Shown here piece by piece: positions 19,249-32,800 of a DNA stretch of 64,000 nt. How positions within the stretch are numbered: position 1 is the first letter of the stretch; each line of letters begins with the position of its first letter. The notes under the pieces were generated by a model, which saw only the letters and a list, made by a program, of their open reading frames with translations, made no database searches and was not told the origin of the DNA. The stretch is taken from positions 10,668,276-10,732,275 of the forward strand of contig CM082594.2 of the NCBI GenBank assembly GCA_040954595.2, in the 5' to 3' direction. Made by a program: the position numbers and the translations under genes. Source of the DNA: Balanoglossus misakiensis (Eukaryota; Animalia; Hemichordata).

Positions 19249-22200
19249 ATGCCCATGATCAGAGTACAACACGTTGTCTCCTGTAGCAGTGAAGACAAGG
19301 TAAAAATGTTGACTGTTGTTATGGTCACTGTGACAGCCAACTTTTGTTGACCTGGTCACTAGCAAACTATTTAATACTAGATCATCTGCAAACACCAATA
19401 TTTCCACCCGATCACCCTTCGCCAACCACGCCTGCATCTCTTATCTTTATCGGTTACTTTACAATTCTCTGTATGTAGAACCATAAGGCTGATAATTTAC
19501 TGAAGGATGAAACCTACAGAAAATGGAAGAGTGCTTCACAAGCTGAGAGGAATATTTCAGTCATCTTACAGGTTAGTACTGAGGATGTTTTATTTGTAGA
19601 CAATCAAATTGTGGTATCCCTGCAGACAGACCAATAATATCAGTTAATACCAATTTTTTATTGCCTTTTTTTCATTTCAGTTCGAAAAGGCTAGTGTAAT
19701 ACACTCCATTGACATTGGCAATGAAGGAGCTGCATTTGTTGAAGTCTTGGTTGGAAAATCAACCGATGTTTCAGATAATTATCAGGTAGGTTTAAGTTCA
19801 CTACGAGAGTTGTGGTCTTCACCTGTTGGTATGACCCTACTGTAGTGGCAAACGTTACTGTGAGTCAAGCAAAGCTCAGCTGGACCAGATGCTATAACCA
19901 GCCAAGTTTATACAGTGCTAGCTAGCCATATAAGCTCCTCTTTACTAGAACATGTATACATGTATTAATCATTACTGTCGCTTTTTCAGGTCTTGTTGGT
20001 GTCATCGTCCTTTATGAGTCCAGCAGAGAGTAAGAACAACACAAATGTTAACAGAGTGAGAATGTTCGGTCCTGAAAAATTAAGCAAAAGTGTCTGCAAC
20101 CAAAAGTGGGACAGAGTCAAAATTGTCTGCACTCAGCCCTTCATCAAGGTAATAGTAGAAAAGTTTTATGGATTGTTACACCGTAAGTGATAAAGAGCAT
20201 TAGGGGAGGCACGTGATTGACTCTTATGATTTTTGCATTTCAGACAACCACCTACGGCCTGTCGTTTGTCAAGTTTCATTCGCCACCAAGTTCCGATGAA
20301 CCATCAGAACCTGCAAAGACACAGGTCAGCACTAGCCCTGGATACACAAATCTCACTTACTTGGTATTGTCATAACTCTACCTGTTGATCTGTCTGAAAC
20401 AACTTTCTCGGACTCTGAATGATCATTTGACAAGATTTATATCGTTCATCTTTTGATAGGGTACAATGAAACTTGGGGCATTCACTCTGAAAGAGGAATC
20501 CCCATCTAAAATAACACCAGGAAGTTTATTCAAAGCGGAAAAGAAAGCAGATACAACACCATTAAAAGGTAATGCCATTGTTTATTGTTGACAGATGTTG
20601 AACACATTTGAACCATTTTTAGCCTCTGGTCATGTGACAAGATGATTGACATTTCCCTTCTCCCACAATCCACTGTGTTTCCTTTCAGGTGCCGCAGCAG
20701 TCAGAGCCGCAGCAACTGCAGCAGCAACACTTTCAACATCAACAACTACACGAGCTCCATCTACATTGCAGTCACTTCCACAAACATCTCGGGTGAGCAC
20801 TTTCTCTTGAAATGAAGCTACTTTTTTTCAACTGCACTAGAAGACACACCCTGATGTAATATAAACTAATTTTATGTTACTCTGTTATTATGTAGCTCTT
20901 TTCTGATTTGTTTTGTTTTAGACTGAGAGCAGAAAGAGGCTATCAACTGAAGACGATAAAACGAAGGTGCAACCAGCTGCCAAGAGGAGACATTCCAATG
21001 ATAACGACAGCAATGTTGCTTCGAGTAGTAAGATAGAATCCAAGACATCAACGAAGAGACCAGCCAAGAAACAAGAGATGCATGTATCAAGTCTGAAGAA
21101 GGCTAAATGTAGGTTGACAGGGACAGACATTATGGCTCCCACTATAAACATCCCTAGTTACAAGTTATGACCCTAATATTGAGTGCCATACACTACAGGC
21201 AACCCGTGACTCATAACAACCAATTTGTTCCATTTACAGCTGAACTATCTGAAGAGAGGAAATTTTCAGAGTTGATGAAAGGTGTAGTGTTTTGCATCAG
21301 TGGTTATCAGAATCCAGAGAGATCACAACTCAGAGATAAAGCTGTTGATATGGGAGCCAAATATCGATCTGATTGGACTGGTGACTGTACTCATCTCATG
21401 TAAGTAGTCATTACCAGTACCGAGTGAGGAATTTGTGTGGATCATTTGAATTTATTTGTTGAATGTACTGATATGCATTTATAAAAGTCATTGACTTCAA
21501 TCTTTCTCTGTTCGCAGCTGTGCCTTTGTCAATACGCCAAAATATATGCAAGTGAAGAAAAAAGGTGGTAAAATTGTCTCCAATAAGTGGATATTACACT
21601 GCTACAAAAAGGAAACACTGTTGCCTTGGAAAAAGTAAGTATGGCATATTATACACCAGTCATTTGGCCCTACTGTACCTGATACTAAACATGGATGACT
21701 TGATTTGATTCTGTGATCAAATTGCCTGTATTAAGTTCTGGTAGTTTAAGGTCAGTAACACAGCTGCCTGTACGGGTAATTTCTGATACAGTTACAGATT
21801 AGCTCCAGGATCGTCCAGCAGCGAAGAAGAGTCTGATGACGACACAGATACAGAGTATGTCCCCACAACAAAAACACCAGAAAAACAACAACAAAGACAA
21901 TCAACACCGAAAAAACAAGACAAGCCAACACGACAGAAGACGCCGCAAAAACAAAGCAGTTTAACTGCAGAGAGCACAAGAGAGAAAGGTAAGTAACAAT
22001 GTAAATTTGGGATAACAATACAGTCTTCCTGATATTAGACTGCAGTGATGTTGCAGTGAGCTTGTCTCAAGTGTTATGACCATTTATATATTCAGGTAAT
22101 GAAGACAGAAAAGAGAAACCAAAGTCCAAGAAAAAGGCACCCGACTCAACTTCAGGAAGTGACACTGAGGATGAAATTGAAAGGTGTGTGTAAATTAAGA

Positions 22201-23199
22201 AATCAGTGGCTTTCATGCAAGTTTTACTCAGCTGAAGAAAATCACAGTACATGTATGTATGCTTTCTTGCTCAGAATCAAACAACAGCAACAGCGACCCA
22301 AAGGTGTGAAAGCAGAAGAAGATGACCTCTACGGAGGTTCAACAGATGAAGAACCGGTGGAATGCAACAACAAATCAACTGATGTGTCTGACATCCCAGA
22401 ATTGCCGAATTTCTTTGAAAACTGCTGTTTCTTTTTCTATGGATCATTCCCAGACAAGGAGAGGAGACTGCTCACAAGATACATCATAGCATACAATGGG
22501 TGAGTGAGGTCTATACTGCTTTAACTCTTCCGTCAAGATGTCTTTGTTCAGACCTATCATTTCCAGTGGTAGAGATGGATGTCTACAAGTGTAAAATGGG
22601 GATGAAAGGGACAAAGAAACCAAAAATACTTAACTTTGTTGACATTTACTGGTAGTGTGTTCTCCTCAATCAACGTTGGGCTGCCATTTTCTTTCAGTCT
22701 AAATCAGCCACTGAGGGCGCTCTCCCTGATCTACCCCTCGTATAGGGTATACCCATATACCCACAAAGCAACACATTTTTCAGTGTGCAGGACTGTGGTA
22801 TTTGCACAATTGTTCTATGCTTGCCAAGTGGCACACAAAATGTGTTATAAAATATTGTTCCTCACTGTGTATTTGCTTTGGTTTTTGGCAGAAAAATTGA
22901 AGAGTATATGTGTGACAAAGTCCAGTATGTTGTGTCGCACTCAAGATGGGATGACAATTTCAATCAGGTGGGTTTCAAAGACTTTCTGTTTAGAACAGAT
23001 TTTCTGTTCCCAAAGTTTACCCTTAATGTATAGTACTGAAATGAATTCAAGCTTCACCTGTTTATAATGATGCCTTTTTTCCAATTTCTAGGCTTTATCT
23101 GACAATTCCGAGCTGAAATTTGTGACACCAAAGTGGATCTATGATTGCTACGACTTGCAGAAGCGGCAACCATACCAAGCCTACGCCATAGTACCTTAA
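19249..23199 (+). CDS. XRCC1: DNA repair protein XRCC1
   Basis: Starts MPMIRVQHVVSCSSED. NTD motifs IDIGNEGAAFVEVLVG, LLVSSSFMSPAES and KWDRVKIVCTQPF; BRCT1 MKGVVFCISGYQNPERSQLRDKAVDMGAKY; CK2/FHA motif YGGSTDEE; BRCT2 PELPNFFE..RRLLTRYIIAYNG..FVTPKWIYDC; ends YAIVP*. Confidence 0.97.
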
Positions 23200-23874
23200 C
23201 AAGAGAGATGTCCTAGCCTATGTCTCAGATTTGAAGGGCTTCCCGACATTGCTGTAGTCTTCGTTACTCGTAGCCTGAAATGTTCTATGAATACAGGGTT
23301 ATTGTCATCCAACACTAAAATCTATGCACAGGGAACCCAAGCTTTCATAAAGATGTTGATGTAGATTTTCCAGCATGCCGTACAAAAGGCATAAGCCATC
23401 TCGATAGTCTAGGTTGAGGAAAGTCTAGCTTTATTTCTGAAAAGTGACATTTTGACATTTACAGAAACATCTGTGAGTTGTGAAAAAAAAAGTCTGAAGT
23501 TTTACGGGGTTTTTTAATGACCACTGCATAGCAGGTAATCATTTCCATAGTTCCAGATATTTTCTGTAAAGAGAACACTTAAAATTTTCAGCAAAACAGG
23601 TTGATGTTTGGTGTTGTGGTGAAAGTTCACAAAGTAATATTCATAGAAATGCCGCAGGACAAAAATGTAGCAAGTACCTCACTGTACAAAGTCAAAGTCA
23701 TATTTCACAGATAAGAGTATATAAACAGCAAAGTTGGAATAAATAGTTTTTTTTACAAGGAAAGGCAAATTTCACCTTATTTGGACGGGACATGCTGTTG
23801 ATACACATTAAATACAAAACAGTTTATTGCATAGCATATTTGTAGTGTTGAAAAAAATGGTTTAAAAATCATCG

Positions 23875-26800
23875 TCATTTTGTTTGACTCAATGCTTTTT
23901 GCTCGTCGTAACTTTTGATTTCTTCAAACAAGGAGACTGTTTTCTCAATCATGTCACCGAGAAGACCATAAACCTGGAAGAGGAAAAAATAAATAAAGAA
24001 TATTGAAAACCATAAAAGACTAAATGATTGTCATTTGTCTGGTTCTAAAGATTGCCTTGAGTCAAGAGAATACTGCACTCACCTGCACATACAGTTTTGT
24101 TCGATATTTGTTGTCCAATACAGGATCACCTGTGTCTGAAGCTGGAGTGATGGCGCCCCCTAGCAGTTGAGGACTTCGTAAATCTTGTCTCTCACCAGAT
24201 GGTGTTGTCAGATCTTTTGTGCTCACCGATTGTGTCGGGGTGGGCGCAGTGCGCGACTGTTTGCCACCTTTGCTTTTACTTTTGGGACGATCTTTCTCCT
24301 TTTCCTGGAAATATACACAGACAGACATGAGCGTGAAAGGCAAAGACATTCAATGGAGTCGGCTATGGCTCTCCCTACAGTACACTGCGCACACACAGCC
24401 CTATTATCTATACATGACTACATTCTGTACAACCCTACATTTTGATCAACTTACATCTTTCTTTCCTTTCTTCCCTCCATCCTTTTTATCTTTCTTTGTC
24501 GTCTCCTCCTCCTTGTGCTCTCGTTTCTTTTTCTTGGGCTCACCTAAAGAATCACGACAACCGAAATTAGTCTACATACACCATGCAAGATACTGACATC
24601 TTTGTCAGCTTCACACTCTGTGCATCGTGTGCACGTAACTACAACTGAACTTGAGGTTCTGAGCCTTGAATTGCAAATGTATGGTTTTGAAAACCAAACA
24701 CTGGTGGCGCAGGATTAGTGTTTGTGACAACATTTCACACCATTACTTCCAACACTTGCAGACAAGACTCTGGTTTTAATCAGCTTCACAATCATGTGCA
24801 CATACCTAACTGTATCAAGTCAGGTTACTGTGGTTTACATTGATGGAGAAAAGACAACACCAATTATACAGCATTGTGCGGGTTACTGGTTTGTGTCTTT
24901 TCTTCATAATGAAACCAGGATGCATGGAAGTTGATATTAGTCGGACAACACATCTAAAGTGAAGCAGTCCACCATAAGGTTACTTCAGAACCCCAAGTGA
25001 AATGTTATGAGAAACTGTGTCATTTATCATTCAGAGTTTTAATTCACACACTCGCTCACACATGAGTTGCTCTATCAAATAAATTCTGCCATGACAGTGA
25101 TTATAAACCATAACGATGAAGTGATTATGCCGATAGTCGATGCAGCCCCTCCCCATTTCTCCCATATATTGGAATGACCCCCATTTACTGTAGTTGATGG
25201 ATCATTCCAATGTTCAGGAAGAGGGGAAGCAAACTTTGTTTTCACCCTGTGGTGCACTAAAATGCCTGACTTACTTTTCTGAGAACTTTTGCCAGCTGAA
25301 ATGTGTTATGTGGTGTAAAGGATAAAAAATTTATCAGAGAAAATAAAAATGAACTAGGAGTTAGTTAGAGGGTTAGTTTGGGTACATTCAACCCAATGGG
25401 AAAATGGGTTAGGAAATCATATGAATTCATTACTTGGTAATAGCGGATGGGTTGAAAAAGGGTTCAAGATGAATGAAGGAATACAACATAATAAAGAAAT
25501 AAATAAAAAAGGTCGCTATGTGAAATACTGATGGACTTCATTTATAATATATTCTGCATAGTAAATCTGAAAATGGCCGCCGCTTAATTGGAGTAAATAA
25601 ATCACACATTCTCAACTATAATTGGACACCGTTTAAAGATATGGGGGTCAAAAAGCACAAAAATACACACAAAACAATATCAGACCCACCCCACCTCCCC
25701 CCATTGTGAGATAGAAGCACTTCACAACAAGTGTGGGTAGGAATCTCAAAAAACTTCAATGTGATTGACAGGGCAATGCAATCATGCAAATAACCAACTC
25801 AAATTATTTTGGAAATAAAGAAAATTATAGAAAAGTGGAAAAAAAAAATCAAGTGACCACAACATTTCTATCAAGTGAAGATTTCAACCTGCTGAATCCA
25901 CACTACGTTTGCCAGATTGGATCCCTAATTTCGAGGAAATATGAAAGAAAATGGTGTGTGGAACAAACAAAAAATTACGTCGGATAGTGAAAAATTGTGA
26001 GTGAAACTCTCTCACAAAAACCAAAAAATAACAGAAATGCAAAAACTGCAGATACATTTTTTTAAAAAACCAACCACAATCAGTGAAGGACCAGAAGAAT
26101 TCAAAAACAACATGAACGTGAATAACGTTGTCAGGAAATATAAATTTCTTCAGAGTATATTGAAAATTGAAAAAAAAGATAAAAATGGTGCATGTGTCAC
26201 ACATCAGGAAACAGAATTTTGCAAGCAATAACGAACAAACCACATGAAAAGATTTGAAACATCACTGTGCAGGGAAAATTGAATCACGGATGTGATGTTC
26301 ACAGGAGAGGGAAACCACACGAAACTTACGTCTTTCATGATGACGTTTCCCTAAAAAAATAGATAGCATGTGATAAGGGGGTGATGAAGAAATGAAATTG
26401 ATGAAAAGTTACTTTTGTTAAAAATGATTGAAATTAAATAAGATGATTGGCAAAGTGTAATTAATTTTAGCAACTGAAACAATGGAAGTATTTAATGACC
26501 TGCTTTCCCTGATACAGCAACACATTCTGTTCATACTTAAAAAGCAACCACAGTCTCTCACACATAATTTTTTGAATGATGAACTAAAACTGAATGAGAG
26601 GGGCTAGCTTCATACAACTAACAAGAATCTATCCTTAACATAGTTGGAAAAGTTTTACAGAAATTATCATAGCATACAATATAAATTGTACACCTACATA
26701 GGTTTTTACATTATATAATATATTAATCTACTCTCTGATTTGAGTTGTACTATTGAACAACCTTGTAATCATTAATATTGCAAAGTAATTCAATACCATT

Positions 26801-29800
26801 TTCAATATCTTGTACACACACACACATGCACGCACACATACCGTACATACATACACAGCAGAAGAACATGGTGTATTTCTGCACACTGTGTCAGAACATT
26901 CATACATGACACAGTGCACAGACAATGAATTACTGCAGTAGTAGTAACAAATACTTAGTCCAAGAATCTCTTGATTAGTGTATAACATTAGTACCAGTTT
27001 GACAGGCTCCAGAACAAGACTGAATTAGTCCATTGAGTGTCAGTGGAATTGTATTAAACAAAACTAAAATAAAAAGGTCTTAGTGAAGACACTTACTCCA
27101 TGGACACTGTGGACAGAAGAACCGCGTACTCAACAACAAGGAACGATACGACGTGTGTTACTGTTATTTGTGTAGACACAAAACGAGCAAAGCGTGCAGC
27201 AGAAGCAGATAAAGTGAAGGATGGTTACAAGTTGGGAGGGGAGTTGCGTTAGCACAGAATAAGGAAGGGATGTTATTAGTTTTTCAGGAGTGGGATTTCA
27301 GGACAGGATTCTCAAGAAAGTTTCGGGATTTGAAACCATATAATAGGGCACAGGGAAATTGCAGTTTCTTTTTTTAAGAAAGCAAGCTTTAACATTAAAG
27401 GTACTTCTACAAGGGTAGGTACAACATATCTAGGTTTGCCTGGGTTTTTATGTGTACTGGTAGCTTGGATGGGTTGCACTTGGGTGTGCGGGCACAATAA
27501 TGGGTATAGGGATGGAATGATGGGTATTTACACAGGATGGTGGGTACTTAGATGAGAACGACGGGTGGTGGGTATACGAAAGTGGTGGGTTCTAAGATTG
27601 CAGAAAAGCATGGTTGGTCTTTACAGGGGTTGGTATACATTATGAGTAATGAGTTCCAGTTACTTATGCACTCAATATGCACTGATGCAGATTATACTAG
27701 TGAGAGATTTAGCTAGCAGCTCCCGAATGATTAAAATACTGCCAGGCATTCGCGATGGATTTCTCAGCGCACACCGTGAGGTTAAAGTTCATCACCATGC
27801 CAACACCCTTCACACAATAAAACATCTCTGTTACTAAGCAACACCGGATGATGTTATCCTCCCTGTCAAACACCTAATTTAACTTCCGTGCTAAATATAA
27901 TTGAATTTCCGTGCATGATAACACATGGACCTACAGCTATGCATTCCTTGTTGTTGAGGACAGGGTTTGACATCCAAAGTGCTATGCAGCAAGAAAAGTG
28001 AGTGATTTTATTATTTTTCTAGATTTTTTGTTGGTAACTATACCTCTCATGGCTTCGAGGACCGCTAAGACTGTTGATGCACAGAAGATAGTGAGATTTT
28101 TCGATGAAGAAAAAGAAAACATGAACATAAATATATTTGAAAAGAAACGTCAACAACAATAGCAACATGCCCACCCACTTTGAAAAAGTTGCAAACTACT
28201 ATATCAAGTGAAATAAACAAGCTAAATCAAGTTTCGAAAATTGCACTGACTGAGCTCATAATTGATGAGGGAAGGTAAATTAAAATTATGGGGCTTGGGT
28301 CTGGACTGGGGCACTTCTCAACCACAAATGCACATTTCAGATATGAACATCCCGGGGAGAAAAATAGGAAGAATTTGAAAAATCTGTGCAAAGAAATATG
28401 AAAATACTGAGTCACATGCAAAGATCACAGAGGAGAAGGTACCACTACTGTTGCTCCTTTTTTTTGAAGACTTATACAGACTGCAATTTGGGTCGAAAAT
28501 CTTCTGTGAAATCTTTGAGAAAATAATTTCACATCAAAACACTATCAAGATCCTACTGATTTGGGAAGGGAAAAAATGGTCTGGAAAATTTGGTAAAAGC
28601 ATCGACTATTTTCATTTGCGTGAATTTTACCTGTTTGACTCCATTTCTTAGTAAGACGTCCTTGAAAATGTGTAGGACCAATATTTGATGATGAGAAGAA
28701 TTCAATTAACAAATCTAACATTTTGTATCATTCTCACAGTAAAAAATGAAATTGGTCGTAGCGTACGGAAGTCTCCTCTATAGAAGATGTGCAGTGTACA
28801 CATATCAGGACATGCATAGAAACAAATAAGACAAAATGACAAAGACCAGGAATGACAACACTCACTTGTTTCCGTCTCGGGATAGACATCTTCCTTGTCA
28901 TCCATTCCCAATGCATTCCGTAACAACATGGACTGTCCAACCAAGCCATCGACCGACTCCAACCAGCACTGGTATCTGAGAGGCAAACAGGATCACTTGC
29001 ATTAGGCAAAATGACATATTTTATGTGATTTTCATCAAACTTATCAGGCCATAAGTCTATAGATTCAAACAAAATCACTACTTACGCCACTTTATACATT
29101 TGCTGTTGTACCGGAGACATTGGCGGGAATCGCAATGACACTGCGGCCGCGTTCATTTTCATCAACAAGTCCTCTCTCTTCTCCTCATCTTCAATCTGCA
29201 GGAATGCATCCTTCATGTTGCCAAGCGACAAGTCCCACTCGTACTCATCTCGTTCATCTTCCTCCAATTGTTCCAGGTACAGACTTCGCAGCTCGGTGAC
29301 CACCTCATTGGTGTAATGCATCTGCAAACGAACAAACAGTGGATGTTTTCACTGAAGGTATGTTTGCTGTAGGGATACATGAAATGCAAAGTGTACATTG
29401 ATCTAGCCATACTCCATTCACTCATTATTTAAAGATAAATCCAACTTACTCCTGGATTGAGTCGTTCAAATATCTCTTCATCAGTGATGTAGGCATCCAC
29501 AGGAGACCTGGCTCTGTCAGGGGTACGCACTCCTTCAACCAAGTCATCCACGATCTTACGAATGTTCATTTCTGCTTGCCTGTGCGCCAACTCTCTCTGA
29601 AATTAAATTATGATGTATACAAAAGTTGAGGACACATTAATTCTGGAACCAAGGACAGTGGAAAAAGCTCAAAACTAGTTGAACTGAATTGAATTTACAT
29701 TTATTTCTCTCACCTCAATTTCATTTCTCATTTTCTTGTTCTTGTCTTCCTGCAAAGCTACGGCCCTGAGTGTGACTTGCAGAGCACATCCGCCATTGAG

Positions 29801-32800
29801 GGACGGTCTAGTCACCAACTGCCAAGTCTCGCTGAAGATACCGGCATTCGGAGATTTGAAGACAAACGGGAATTTCAGGCCATCCCCCGGAAGCAAGACA
29901 CCACTGCTGGTGTTGAAGTAAAACCGCTGAACATTTCCACTCAGGACCGTTTCCAATGGGTTGGATTTAGGAATTAGCTGAAACAAGTAAAAGGAAGACA
30001 AAAATCTTAGATGATGATTCTCTTACTGCCATAAGAGGTAATGCTGGTTGTCAAATCATTGAACGAGAACGACCAAATGAACTCTGACCTACTTTGACCT
30101 ACCTTCCAATCATAGTAGATAGTTGTGGTACCATCATTGACCAGCTGCAAGTGCGAGGTCACTCTCTCGCCGGCAAAGGCCTCAAAGGTCACCCTGGCAT
30201 TGTGACCGATTTGGTCCTTGTTTGCATAGCTGTCACCAGTCCACCTGGCAGGGTAGCCATCAAACAACAGAGCTGGTCCAATCACAGGCTGTGGGATATC
30301 TGGTTGGTCATGTAGAGGGTCCCTGCAAGAAGAAGTAACAGAAACAGACTCTGATTTATAATCCATGACAAACCAACACAGGTAAATGGAACTGCTTGGC
30401 ATCACCAGTCCACCAAAAATCTGGTGATTCAAGATTTGTTTCTAGTGTGTGTGGTTATTATTTCATCAACTTACAATGTATCATCTTCTCCTGGCATTTC
30501 CGTGATGGTTGCATCTTGTAGAGATTCTCTCTCATCTTCTTCTTCAAAGCGTAGCGGTTTGTTGCTGCCAACAACTTGCAGGTTATCCAGATCCTGCAAT
30601 AGTTGAGAGATTGTTAAATCTTTGACTTCTTCTGTCAGGAAATCCTCTGTGATCATTTTCAATCTTATTTTCTCATAATAGTGTTTTTTGATCCTGGCAA
30701 ACAAATTAATAAAACCATGGAAACTCACCGGTTTGTAAGGGTCCAGCTCATCCATCACTTCCTGGATTTGTTGCTTCCGTTGGTGGAGATATTGGGATTT
30801 CTTCCACGGATAATTGATAGGCGTTGATCTTCCTGCTTGCCATGTGGTGCCTTTCTCCTTCTGGATGACCTTGGGGTTACCAATGTGTTCAATTGGGGGT
30901 GGGTAACCTCTCTCAGTCTGCGTCAAGGTCATCTGGACGCCAGTCAGGTCGTCACCGATCTTCTCTACCTGCTTCCAGAACTCACTACCGACACGATCTT
31001 GGAGGGGAGCGTACGAGTTAGACATTACACAGTGAAAGATTGGTCACTAATGCTATATATTGTTTGAATGAATAAAGGATGAGTTCCCACCAAATTTCTG
31101 CAAAAGGGTGATTTTATCCATACTCACATCCTTTCCCATAATCCACAGCCGGAATAGATCTATCAATAAGATATCTCTCTTCTTGGATTTTTCTGTATTC
31201 CTCAGACTGGTTCATTACCAGCTGTTCAACTGGTTTTTGCAGAAGTTCTGTGGGGAAAAAACATGAAAAGTTTTCATGTGTGATTCTTGATATATTTTGG
31301 CTCAAACTTCAACCATCCATAATCACAATTTTTGAGTTCAGGATCAGGAGCTGAAACTACTTACTTGAAATATATCCCTGCTGTCTCTTTCTGTCGATCA
31401 TTTTTTGCTGCCAGTTCTTCAAGGCATTGTTTTCATCCAAGAGTGGATTTTGAGGCGGTACAGCCGACGCCCTTTTCTTCTCAAACTTGACACTGGGTGT
31501 CCTGGGTCGTAGGTCAACCTCTTTCTGCTCAGGATAGTTCTATCAGTGAAAATAGAATGAATATGTCATTATTTGTGAGACGATGACATAACCATGCAAC
31601 TTCTAACCTTCCTCTATCAATCCATAACATCTCCCTAACCCCTCCTTCCCTATATCTCCTTCTATCCCTCCAAACCTCACCTGCAAGTGACCCTGTTGAG
31701 TGGCTTCCATTTTGAACTCTTCCACAGTTCCCAGGATACTGAATGGAATGATGTTACCATGGGAGTCAAATTTTGGACCAGTGCCACCTGTAAAAATAAT
31801 TGAAAATACATTAATTTAACCATCTGACTTTTGTCCATCCACCCTTCCCTACACCATGGCACATTTTGGTTTAAGCCAGTGTTTTTTCAATCGCATGTGG
31901 CTGGACCCATCTACTGGGAAACAGGGGTAAAAGCTAGGATTTCAAGCCCAACCCACCTAGGTAGTCTGGCTGTTTCAATGGTGCATCAGGTGGTGCCGGT
32001 TTGGCTATGGTGATGCGTTTCGTCTTGGGTTTCTCGATTTCAGACTTGGGTTTGGCCTTTCTCACCAGGACTGGTTTGGTTGGTGTCCGCTTTCTCTCGG
32101 CTGATGGTGGTTTGGGCATGCGAATCTGTCAGGCAAAACATATCAAGAAGTTTACATGAGAAAGGTGGAAAATTTCTTGTTTAATGATAATTTGGCATAA
32201 ACAGGTTAACATGTGATCATTTTGGGATAATACATAGACTGTAAACCACCAGAATGATTAAATTAGAGTTTATTTTCTACTCACATCTTTGAGTTTCTCC
32301 ACATCAATAGCCAACGCTTGGATGTCTTCCCCATCTATCACCTGCTTGGGGGGAGGGGCTTGTTCCTCCTCAACCTGCGACTGAGATAGGTTGGGGCTTG
32401 CTGCTTTCTCTGGGGTTCCATCTCGTTTCTTGCCACCTTTCAACTTATCTGAAACGTTCCAGAGAGAGAAATAGCCAGGTTAATCCTATGCTGTCACCCC
32501 TGTTTTCGTGCGTGTGAGTCTGGCCGTAACCATTGACAAGAATACATGTAGGGCTGTTGCATAATGGTGGTGGTGATAGGGTGGAATCAGTGATTGCGAC
32601 AAAATGGTGGTACGATCAGGTTGGCTGTTGGCCTTGGGTTTCTTGACAGTGTTGGATCTTCACATACAGGTACATATAGCTAGAACTGACACCTTTTTGT
32701 ACAAACAGATGCATCCATAATGCTCAAACATGGAGATTCGGGCTGGGAGATTCTGTGAAATCACATGACTGTGGTCAACAGAGTCGTCTGTCATCTCCAT

